Origin: Trichinella spiralis
Lineage: Eukaryota
Assembly: GCF_000181795.1 (NCBI RefSeq)
Contig: NW_003526945.1
Span: 257,030-297,229 of the forward strand
Length of the DNA stretch: 40,200 nt
Direction of reading: 5' to 3'
The position numbers and the translations under genes are program-made. Position 1 is the first letter of the stretch. The number at the start of each line of letters is the position of its first letter. This document shows positions 1-13,345 of the stretch, piece by piece. The notes under the pieces were generated by a model. It was not told the origin of the DNA and did not search any database. It was given only the letters and a program-made list of their open reading frames with translations.

Positions 1-890
1 CAACTATGGGATAAACTTCGCCCTTCGAAGTATCCCAATCCCAGACCTACAGAATTGGGGTCCCAGGAACTTTGTCTTCTCTTGTTCTGCTTCGTGTGGT
101 CCTCGATTTGCTTTCGTGTGGTCCCTCGATCTGCTTCGGGTTCGTCCTTCGATCTGCTTTCGTGTCGTCCCTCGATCAGCTTTCGTGTCGTCCCGCGATT
201 CTGCTTTCGTGTCGTCCCGCCCTTTTCACTTCTTTTTTTCTTCATTGGTCATATCTGTAAGAATGGTAAATGTTAAATCAAAATTTTTAGCACTTTATTA
301 CACAGTGGAATCAAAAAATTGAACAAAGAATTTTGAAATAAAAGAAGTAACTGATTTTCAATTAAAGATAAGCTTAACAAAATGATTATATATAGAGTTT
401 CGGAAAAAAAAGTAACAACGAGAAAACTTTGAATACTTTCAACAATTAAAAACCGACTTCAGTAGTTACTTAACGCCTACGTTTGACGTTTGACGATGCT
501 GTTACTTGCCACGCAAGTAAAACAAACAAGCGCACCATTACTGATTGATGATAAGGCAATTTTCAAGCGATCCTCATTTGCATACTGTAGCGCTAGAAAC
601 CGGTTTGAGTTGATTGGAAAATTTTCTGGACGAGGAATTAATTCTAACCGAACGCTACGAAATTACGAAAATTGGAACCTCAAGCACAGCGAACCGCTTA
701 TCTAGCAAATGCATTCCACTAGATGATACTCATTACAATTTACTTGCAAAAAGAGTTGAAATGCACAGTTAATGTCAACCGTTGAGGACTATTTGAAAAT
801 TCAGAGATGACCTTGACATTTGAAATTCGGTCAAAATATAACAAACAAAAATTGCCTTTGTCAAAACACGCCTTCGCTTGTCTGAATTTC
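1..890 (-). repeat. Diverged copy (copy 1) of the ~1.1 kb repeat unit, in tandem with copy 2
   Basis: Colinear matches to 1198-2230. Examples: ggataaacttcgcccttcgaagtatcc vs ggaataacttcaccctttcaaagtatcc; ttgttctgcttcgtg; ttaaatcaaaatt..cactttat; tacttaacgcct; tgatgataaggc; tagaaaccggttt; gaaatgcac[a/t]gttaat. Confidence 0.85.
87..220. repeat. Minisatellite, ~6 copies of a 21-24 bp unit (TCTGCTTTCGTGTCGTCCCTCGA)
   Basis: Tandem units can be read directly. They account for the repetitive ORFs 55..276, 72..260 and 116..322. Confidence 0.9.
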
Positions 891-1771
891 ATATTTGAAA
901 ATTCAAAAGTGACCTACATAAATGGAACTTATCGCAATATGTTTTCACGAAAATATAAGCACATTCGCTGCGTATGCTGACAAACAAAGTTAATGAACCA
1001 AAAAAAGTAATTTACCAAATGTCTGTGATGCTGCAAAATTTGAAAAAATAATATATAGTGATAATAAAGTTAATTAACTTTCAATCTGTCTAAAGATGAA
1101 GTCATACCTAATCTTAACATGAAAATCAAAAAGAACAGTTTTACAGTGAAAAATATCTTACTTATATATTACATACAACAAACTTGGGTAATTTCTTAAA
1201 CTAAGGAATAACTTCACCCTTTCAAAGTATCCTTAGCCCTGCTTCACAGATGCACAAGAAATTGCATTTACTTTTTGCCTTCACTTGTTCTGCTTCGTGC
1301 CGTCCGTGTTTTCACATTTTCTTTGCTCCATTCCTTAAACCTGCAATAATAATATTAAATCAAAATTCTCCTCACTTTATCACAAAGTTGAATTACAACA
1401 AATATTATAATTAACTTCTAATTAATTAAAAAGTAATTACTTACAAAATGAGTATACAGAGTTTTAAAAAAATAAGCAGAAAAGTAGAATACTTGTCTGT
1501 AAATCTGAAACGGCCTTCAGCAGCTACTTAACGCCTGTAATGAACTCAGAGAACGTTCAACGATGCTACCAATGGCCACGTAAATTAAACAAACAAACGC
1601 ACCCTCACTGATGATAAGGCGCGTTATAGCGATAGTTATTTGCATAATGCAGCGTTAGAAACCGGTTTTTAGTGCGTTAGAACTTTTGGCTGAAGATAAA
1701 TTCTTTGCTAAGCCGCGTTGCAATATGGACAGAAGAAATGCACTGTTAATTTCTACCATTAGGAAAACAAC

Positions 1772-1781
1772 NNNNNNNNNN
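1772..1781. other. Assembly gap (10 N)
   Basis: Run of n in the sequence. Confidence 1.
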
Positions 1782-2200
1782 TTTTTTAAAAAAATAGGCC
1801 GGAAAAGGGGGATTTTTTTTGTAAAATTGGAAAAGGCCCTCGGGCGGGTAATTTAAGCCCCTTAAGGAATTCGGGGAGAGGTTTAAGGGAGGTCCCAAAG
1901 GCCCCGGAAATTAAAACAACCAACCGCCCCCCCCATGTGGATAAGGCGGTTATAAGGGATAGTATTTGCAAAAGCGGGGTAGAAACGGGTTTTTGTGGGG
2001 TTGGATTTAAAAAAAGAGAGGAATTTTTTTTCCCCCCCCCGAAACAATAGGGGCCGGAGGAAAATGCACGGTTAAAATTTTCCCCTTTGGGAAAACAAGT
2101 ATTTAAAAAATTTAAAAAAAGGCCCTGGGACATTAAAAAATCCAGTCCAAAATCTAAATTATTGGGCCAAAAAACGCCATAAATAAAAAAGTTGACTTTA
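1782..2200. other. Low-quality read-tail duplicate of ~1462-1770 (probable assembly artefact)
   Basis: Colinear with 1462-1770 (e.g. ataaggcggttataagggatagtatttgca vs ataaggcgcgttatagcgatagttatttgca) but with inflated homopolymers. It starts immediately after the gap. Confidence 0.8.
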
Positions 2201-4897
2201 ACCAAAACGCCACCTACGTATGTCTGAAAATTTTTCTTAGGTCAGAAAACCAAGTAGCTCAAATGAAGCTAATTTTAAGTGAACAATTTGCAGGCAAAAG
2301 CTTGCTTTACATATTTGACGCTTCATCATAAACTTGATTTGCATGTTTGAAAAACAACCCGCACGGTGCGTTATTCGGACTAGCTTAACCGAATTAAACG
2401 TCAATGCTAAATTACATTTTCTTTATAAAAATTATTTTACACCTCATCTTAACATTTGACTTATAAAATTAAAATTAGAATGGCCAATATCATGAAATAT
2501 TAAGATATATTAGATAAATCTCACATATATATGCATGTGTATATGTATTTGTATGTGTATAATTTAAAGTTCAGGTTACGTTATATTCATTTCGTCATAT
2601 TTTCAATCAATGACGATCTAATCATAAAAATGCAACTCACCAAACTTAAATGTTTATTATAATTCTGGCTTATCTTGTTTTTCTGCAGTGCAAAAATGTG
2701 ATGAATCACTTTCCTTAAATAAAAATTAAATAAACGAAAAATAGCTATATCCATCAAGAATGACTGACCATCTTTATAGCAAAAAGGCAAATGTTCAGCC
2801 ACAGCACACCGTTAACCTGCAATTTGCCCCAAATGCAACTCACTAAGTGAACATCATCTGTCGCTGCAGTAAGCCACGTCAGCAAAGCCAACACGCGTCG
2901 TTACTGCTAAAATAGCCATTTAATGAAATATTAATTTGCATATTTGATAAATAATCTTCAGGCAGCGTTATATGACTGGGAATAAAACTGCACTAAATTT
3001 CAATGCTAAATTACCTTTTTTTAATAAAAATAATTTTCAACCAGTTCTTCATAATCAGATATTAACGTTTTCAAAATGAGATGGACCGCAGCCTAAAATA
3101 GTATATCTTACATTCATTGTATCATGGCGAACTGCAACATATGCAGCATATATCTAACGACGAAAGCATAAAATTTTCACATCATCCAAGGGAAAAATTG
3201 GTTTATAAAACATACGTTCGTAAAGAATAAAAGTTTATATTAAAATATGAATGACAAAATAATTACCTGGCTTCAAAAATTTTCAATGCCACCGGTCCTA
3301 CGCATTCAGATCAATAATTCAACTATTTCGGTGCATCGTTGCTGATCAAGCCAGACAGCTTTCTTCTACATGCTTCTTCAACATCGTCTTGTAATATTTA
3401 ATAATTATAATCGCATAATATTAAATTTTGAAAATTGATGGAAGTGCTTGAAACGTAACATGCGCTAATCAGCAGCAACAGCGTAAAAGCGGAGGGAAAA
3501 ACGCAACGCCGCACAGACGACGGACAGACAGAAGTGACGAAAGCAGAGTCACGCAGATTTAGAGTCGCAATCAAAAATCAGAACTGATGAATCAGATTGC
3601 ACATTAATTCCGTGAATTCTCTCAGCTATTAGGTTTTGTTTAATTGCTTGAAAGTTTTCAAATCAACTATATTAATTTAAAATATTTCTTATAGCAACAG
3701 AAGTTATTTATTTTTTGGATTTGTTAAAACATTTCAGTTTCACTTGAATATAGTAAAATAATAAAATTTGAATGAAATTACGTTTTAAAAAATGTCATTA
3801 TAATAAGAATCGTTCGTTTTTGCTGTATTAATCAATTTATTTAAATTTTTACAAAAAAACATTGCTATCCGCACAAAAATGTAATAACTCTCTGAGTATT
3901 ACAGTAGATATAATGAAATAAAGCTGCGAGTTCAAATTCTTAATTATGAAGGCATCAAATACTTATTTAGCAGATTATTAGATTATTATCTTACAGGTAT
4001 TTGTTATATAATTATAAACTGTAGTAAAGTCATTTTCACCAAGTACAACTGTCATTTTGATGCTCATCGGTTGTTTGATTTCTTCATCATATGAAATTAT
4101 TACTAATATATTATTTAAAAAGTTGTCATATGCAATTTAATTTCATTCAAAATGACCATGTGTTTCAACAGTTTGATAATGACGATAATTTCAAAATTTA
4201 TTATCATATATAGCTGTTGATTATGAAAGACGTTTAAAAATACATTTTTTTATAAAAGCTTTTCATTCATAAACTGCTTAATTTATTCAATCTCATCACT
4301 AAAATTATATTTCACATTTGATAAAAAAATAGTATAGAATTATTTAATAATGTTTTTCTATCAATAAAAATTGTTCATTTCCATCATCTTTTCTCCACTT
4401 TTATATGCTTTTCTGAATTTTAGTAATTAACTTTCAAGAAAGTGATGGAACAGATTCACTATACAGACAGGACACAGAGAAATAGTATAAAATTTTAAGA
4501 TTTTTACATTTAGAATTTATTCTTAATTTTATTATATTCTCAGTTTCAAAATTTTGTAAGTTACAGAATATACTGATGTTTAAGTAAATCATCAATTTAT
4601 TCGAATTAACAAAAATTGTATTTATACAATGTCACATGATTGGAATATAAATTATTTTCAAATTTAATTATATATCTTTAAATGTTTGAAAAATTGCCAT
4701 ACTGTATATAGTAATATAAAATTCAGGAACAAAATTTTCTAACTAGTCATCTTTTAATTGACCAATCAGAAAATGCCATGTCAGCAATTTTTAATCTGTC
4801 TTATTTGTGCTTAGTTTTAGTTTCTCTTTTATTACTTTGTCTTTGGTCTTGCTTTTGCTACGTGGTCTTTTGAGTGCGTGTTTGGTACTCTGTTTGA

Positions 4898-7431
4898 ATG
4901 ATGTATTTGGCGTGCTTTTTGTGTTTACTTTTCTCCACTGGACTACTTGGTAGTGACGTTCTTGAATTCACCGATAGCACCTTTGATGAACGAATAAAGC
5001 AGTATGATCTCATTTTGGTCGAATTTTACGCTCCATGGTAAGATATGTTGTTCACTTGTCTGACTGTGTTCGTAGTTAGAATATGAGAATTACACTGTGA
5101 TTTTACACGGTTTTTATCATTTAGAAAGTTTCAGTTGATTTTTTCCCTTTGTCAGTATATATGTTTGTTTTAAGAATAATACTTAGAATAATAAAATTTT
5201 TTTCTTTTCTATATTATATAAAGTTCTAGAATAGAATTGTTTCGGTTTGGAAAATTGCCATTTTTAATTCAAAATTGTTGTTTAATTGATGATAGCTTAT
5301 TATTTTCAGTTATTAGTTTTTCTCTTTGATGTGGCTTAGTGAAGTTTATGGAAAACTTTGTAATTTATTTGACTGTATTGTTAGGTGTGGTCACTGCAAA
5401 CGATTGGCTCCTGAATACGAAAAAGCGGCTACTCTTTTAAAAAATGCGGATACTCCAGTTCCTCTTGCTAAAGTTAGTTAGTCAATGTATTTTTCATTAT
5501 CAATTGTTTATCTGTTATTAATTAAGGTTGACTGCGATGCGAATAAAGTTCTTTGCGAGACGCAAAACGTGCGTGGGTTTCCAACGTTGAAAATTTTCCG
5601 CAAAGGCAGCTATGTGAGCGATTACGATGGTCCCCGTGAAGCTAGTACGTGGAAGTGTTTCTCGTTATAATGAGAAATCTTCATGTTGATTCTTTTTTTC
5701 CTTTCTGTTAACTTAAATAAAATTTAGATGGAATTTACAAGCATATGGGTGGTATGGTCGGCCCCAGTTCAAAAGAGTTGAAGACAGCTGATGATTTTAA
5801 AAAGTTTATCGACTCAAAGGAATTTACCGTAGTTGGTGAGCAGCTTTGCTTTGTTGACGTTTTATTTTTCTACATTTTTTATTTATAGGCTTTTTTGAAA
5901 AGGAATCAAAATTGAAAGATTCTTTCTTGAAAGTTGCTGATTTGGAAAGAACGAAATTCCGCTTTGGTCATACTTCAAACAAGGAGATTTTGAAAGAGCA
6001 CAGCGTCAGCGAGTGAGCTTCACTTTGGTCACGTTTGGTGGTTGACATTTGTTAACCTATATTGTTTTTTTTGTAGCGATATTATCGTTTTTGTTCCCAA
6101 GAAATATCACAACAAATTCGAAGACAGCAAAGTAGTTTACGAAGGAAATTTTGATTCAGATCGTATCAAAAAATTTCTGAACTCTGAAATGTACATAAAC
6201 AGTTTAAAAAATATTTTTTACACATTTAAACATATGATTGTTTAGATATGGCCTTTGTGGACATCGTCAAGTTGACAACGCTGGCTCATTTGCTAAGCCA
6301 TTGTTGATTGCTTATTACGATGTTGATTACGAGCGTAACCCAAAAGGTGAATTCCGTTTTGTCTTATTTATTTTTAAAAGTAATTGCATCATATTGACAG
6401 TAAGATAATTTTTAGGTACAAATTATTTTCGTAATCGAATAATGAAGGTAGCGAAAGAGTTCAAGCGCAAACTGACATTTTCCATCTCGAACAAAGATGA
6501 ATTTGCCGGAGAAATTGAAAGCTTTGGTTTGAGTGACGATGTAGACAAGCAAAATATGATAGTTGCTGTCCTTGACAAAGATAAACGCAAATATGTGATG
6601 AAAGATGAATTCAGGTTTGTCAATTGGAGTTTATTGATTTTTTAACGTTCCATTTTATTCAATCCTATTTTTGGTTTCAGTGTTGAAAACTTGAAAACCT
6701 TTGTGGAAAACTTCTTGGCAGGAAAGTTGGAACCCAGCATCAAGTCGGAACCCATTCCTGAAACAAATGACAATCCGGTCAAGGTAATGTAACATTTACG
6801 TGTATGCGGTTTTTTTTCAATTTACGCCAATTTTGAAGTTGATATGTAACGTTTTTTTTATATTTAGCGAAGCTTGTTTACTGTATAAATTTAAATTAGA
6901 TTAGATAGTTTTCATGCGGTTGAAGGTGAAAGTTTTATAGGTTGTTGTAGCGAAAACATTCGACGATTTTATGAAACAAGACAAAGATATATTGCTGGAA
7001 TTCTATGCACCTTGGTGTGGCCATTGCAAAAACTTGGCTCCAATTTACGATCAACTCGGCATAAAAGTAAGTAATAATGATTTGCGGTGCAAAATGTACA
7101 ATGTGTGCTGTTTTTTAGATGGAAAATGAAGATGTTTTGATTGCGAAGATTGACGCTACTGCAAATGATATTCCCGATAATTTCGAGGTTCACGGGTGTG
7201 TACTTTTTTGGCTGTTGTCATTTTTTAATATCATTTTTCGTTCACATATGTACATATATGTTTTGTAGATTTCCGACTTTGTATTGGGTGCCACGAAATG
7301 CCAAGGACAAACCGCAGAGCTATACCGGCGGTCGTACATTGGATGATTTCATCAAATACATTGCTCGTCATGCTACAAATGAATTGAAAGGATGGGACCG
7401 TAATGGAAAACCTAGAAAAGAAGAATTGTAA
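4898..7431 (+). CDS. PDIA3: Protein disulfide-isomerase A3 / ERp57-like, 12 exons, ~486 aa
   Basis: Exons 4898-5037, 5385-5472, 5527-5644, 5728-5835, 5889-6012, 6077-6190, 6246-6346, 6416-6614, 6681-6783, 6941-7066, 7119-7195, 7269-7431 are all GT-AG and in frame. Signal peptide followed by SDVLEFTD, two [10 protein letters not shown] active sites, PDIA3-type [16 protein letters not shown] and a C-terminal KEEL ER-retention signal. Confidence 0.96.
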
Positions 7432-8556
7432 TCCTTTAATAATATTTTATTAAAGGTAGAAGATATATTATTTGTTTTTTTTTGTTACTACTAGAATAAA
7501 TTGTTAATTAATCACTTGGTTTACATTTACATCTACAGTGTGCTTTAATAGAAACTGGGATTAAATGTTTACTTATTTCTTGTTGTTTGTTATTGAAATT
7601 TAAACACAATCAAATCAAACGAATGTAGAAAGCGTTAATTACATTGATAAACGCGATGAGTTGATTGTACTCTCAATGGTCAAGCTGTATCTGCCGCGTG
7701 AAAACGCAGCAGTGTAAATGCAATTCTTTAGAAATGATGAAAAAAAATAATGGAAATCACACTTTACAGTAAAGAAAAGAAAATATGAATAATAATTTAA
7801 CGAATTACAAACAAAACTAGCAAAACATTAAAATACGTGTAAAGTGGCGTAAAACGATCGCACAGTGCCCAATGCATCTGTTTGCTATTTGTACTTAATT
7901 TCGATTATTTGTACTGTACTATATGAAAAGTATCAGTAATATTAAAATTATTCTGAAATATGAAATATTTTAAATAGTTTACTAATTTAAAAAATTTCCA
8001 CAAAATGGTGGGAACGAAAATTAACTAATGAATTAATTACTGTAATCGAGTTGGTGATGAAATTTGTTTTTGAATTTGCAATATTTTAGTTTAATTGAGC
8101 AAAATTTGATGTGACAATAAAAATAGTGAATGCTGTTAAATTGTGACAGTAATGCATTGAAACCTAAAGCGAACGCAGAAGTTGGCCGTCGGCATTTTCG
8201 CACGGATGAATTAATTTATGCAAAATTGATCGCAACGCCGTTGCATTTGCATAATTTGTTACAACTTTTATCAGTTCGCGATAAAGTTGAGAAGAACATC
8301 AGCTACTGTACAATTTAGCAACTTTTCTTTTTATCATTTACTACAAGATGGCTTTTCGGAAGCTAAATTCAAGTAAGCACGAGAATAGGTTTGCACGTAT
8401 TGTCATATCGTACAGATCGTAGGAATTAAATATTTCATTTAGCGCCTATTTTGTTTTTATTTTTTGTTTTTGTTTGTTGGTTTTATATGCAACAACGATG
8501 TAGCGAATAATTTTGGTACGAAAATAACAAAAAATGGAAAAAACGCCTGAATTGTC

Positions 8557-9231
8557 ATGACATTCACTGTTGAATGTTGTTATTGTCAGGTTGTTCTTGT
8601 TTTCAGCTTTACTGTTTGTTTTATTGCTATTAATGTTATTTGTAAATTTGACAAGTTTTGTATTGGATTTGATGACAGTAAGTTGTATTTAAATGTTACA
8701 GTAGAAAATGAACGGACGACGTGGAACAAAGAGCGCGGAGCTGCGTTGGTCGGTGACCGAACGTTCAGCGTCAGAAGCAGCGGCCAAATCAACACCGAGA
8801 ACCGTTTCCTTGACCATCATCTGCGCATCCATTCGCTGATCAGATGCGAGTTGAACCAAGTTCGACCGCCCACGCCTGCGCCTTGGTTGTCACCGACCGC
8901 ACCGAAGGCTACTTTCTTCGGCGAAAATTTCGACCCTGCTCCACAACGTCAGCCCGGCTTACTGATGCCAACATCCGCTTTTGGCAACGTCGATGCTTGT
9001 CGTTCAAAACTCGACACTGGCAGGAGTGTTTCGTTGCCATGCAGCGACGGATTGGAAAATCTTCCTCTGACCGACAGTGGTCATCATTTGGTCACGGAAC
9101 CACGCGTGGACAGTGATTCCGCATGCTGTGCAACGCTGATTGGTCACTTCACCGTTGAAAAGTCCCATCGTCAACGTCACTTGTCATTGGAAAAAGTTCC
9201 CGAAGACGTTCTAACCAAAGAAGTGGCGTGA
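8557..9231 (+). CDS. Hypothetical orphan protein; GC-richer probable terminal exon ~8702-9231, 5' structure uncertain
   Basis: 224-codon ORF with a GC-richer 3' part. A possible upstream exon is ATG 8348-8372 (A|gtaag), with a tttcag acceptor at 8606. No recognisable domain. Confidence 0.35.
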   Translation: MTFTVECCYCQVVLVFSFTVCFIAINVICKFDKFCIGFDDSKLYLNVTVENERTTWNKERGAALVGDRTFSVRSSGQINTENRFLDHHLRIHSLIRCELNQVRPPTPAPWLSPTAPKATFFGENFDPAPQRQPGLLMPTSAFGNVDACRSKLDTGRSVSLPCSDGLENLPLTDSGHHLVTEPRVDSDSACCATLIGHFTVEKSHRQRHLSLEKVPEDVLTKEVA

Positions 9232-9249
9232 CCAGTTCAGTTTTTTACA

Positions 9250-9251
<2 letters not shown>

Positions 9252-9286
<35 letters not shown>
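9252..9286. repeat. (CT)n microsatellite
   Basis: ~17 CT units. Confidence 0.95.
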
Positions 9287-9289
<3 letters not shown>

Positions 9290-10341
9290 GATTAATTTTT
9301 ATAATTTTATTCCCACTTTTGGGGAACAATAAATTTTATCCACATGAATTGTCTCACCGCAAATTGAAAGTTGTCATCGCACAATAATGATTTAATCAAT
9401 GCTCAACAAATAAACAGTCGAAATTAATTTGACAAATTGCTTCCAGTAAGTATCTTGTTGTTTTTCTTTGCACAACCTGCACTTGGAAAAGTCGATTTTT
9501 TCCACAATTTCGCATCTGCTGGCCAAATATTTGCAATTCATCAAACGAACAAGTGTTCACTTTTGCGCAACTTTTCCAAAAACAACTGACGGGAAACAGT
9601 TTTTTTTTTGCTTCCGGGAATTAGCACGCCAACAATTTTGCACAACTTCAAAGCCAACTGACTGATTGATCTTCCATTTTTTAATATGTTTTTTTTCAAA
9701 AAAAAGTTCATTTCCCGTTTACAAGGAAGCTTCTCTGTTCTAGTTTTTCAAGGTCGACTCGAAGAACAATGCCGCCGTATAAACTGAATGTTTACGACGT
9801 TGTTCTGCTTTGAAATGGACAATTTTTCCGGTCATTTCATTGTACACAATGACAGACTTTGTTCTGTAAGTTTAGATCAAAGCAATCTCAAAATGGATTC
9901 AATTCTATCGAAAAATCACTTTCAACACACTCAAAAAGTGCAAAAAAATATCTTTAAAAGATTTTACAGTATGTTAACAAGAAATCAAGTACAAATTTTA
10001 TTGAACATTTTTTATTTGTTTTTTTTCTGCGATTATAACAACGAAGTTTGTGACGTGTTTCTAGTGAATCAAGTTCAAATGCATTTTATGCGGAAAATTT
10101 CTGCACTATTTACATGTCTGCACAGTTACATGCACGTCAGTAGCTTGTTTACAATTAGCGTGCTGCCAGATGTTAGAATTTTATTCTTCTGTTCGCGCGC
10201 GTTGACTGGTGTCTGTCTTTCTAGCGAGAGTTGTGTTTCGAATCGCTTGATCGCAAGTTCAGTAAAGCGTAATCTTTGGTCGTATACTGGCAACAGTTGA
10301 ACTCTTCAACGCATTCTATTGTTCGGCATTTTGTCTGAATA

Positions 10342-12838
<2,497 letters not shown>

Positions 12839-13345
12839 CAACGATATGATGTGTGTCATCAACGATAAAATATGTGTGATTCGTACGCAGTTTCCTGTTA
12901 GTCGGTCGTCGGTGGTGGAAAACATTTTAAACGTGCATTTGTGATTATGATGAATACGAAGACTCGTGAATCACCAGTCAACAATCAGACAGTAGTAAGC
13001 TTGATCATCATCATCATGATCAACACACGGAAAATTTAGACTATATCATTGAAACACCATAGATAAAATTGTGCTTATTCATTACAACGCATAAAGTGTT
13101 TTGTCAATAAATAAATAAATAAATCATCACAGAAAAAATGAACAAGAACAATTATAATTAAGGACACTATTTAAAATAACAGATATGATATGATAGAATA
13201 TCAGAATACATACATATATAGGACAGAAAGAACAAATATGATTAAAAACGCACTACAGAATTCACAGAATGTACTCATTGAAATGCTGTTTGATTGATGA
13301 TGTTCTGTGGGAAATTTCATTTTCAAAATCAACAGCACAGCATAG

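Larger units (their letters stand above)
913..2307 (-). repeat. Repeat copy 2, reverse complement of 39136-40200 (interrupted by N gap and an artefactual duplication)
   Basis: cctacataaatggaacttatcgcaatatg at 913 is the reverse complement of the last bases of the window. Near-identity runs to ~1330, with high similarity to 1769 (pairing with 39342). 2090-2307 pairs with 39340-39136. Confidence 0.95.

Noticed and set aside
87..220. CRISPR-like array
   Set aside because: The units are contiguous with no unique spacers, there are no cas genes, and the context is eukaryotic.
1786..2205. 139 aa minus-strand ORF
   Set aside because: It lies in the error-rich duplicated read tail next to the N gap.
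576..2941. Recurrent octamer ATTTGCAT as an snRNA-type enhancer
   Set aside because: Recurrence is explained by the repeat copies and AT-rich composition. The motif also occurs elsewhere (e.g. ~8246, ~11716), and no snRNA body was recognised.
3260..3275. U1 snRNA 5' end (ttacctggc)
   Set aside because: The downstream sequence does not resemble U1. It is simply the complement of a splice donor.
9788..10300. 170 aa ORF upstream of SQOR
   Set aside because: AT-rich, Phe-biased composition with no domain. SQOR is complete from ATG 10342.
7432..10341. Nematode-style operon linking PDIA3, the orphan ORF and SQOR
   Set aside because: The genes are on the same strand, but the gaps are ~1 kb and no operon signal can be shown from sequence alone.
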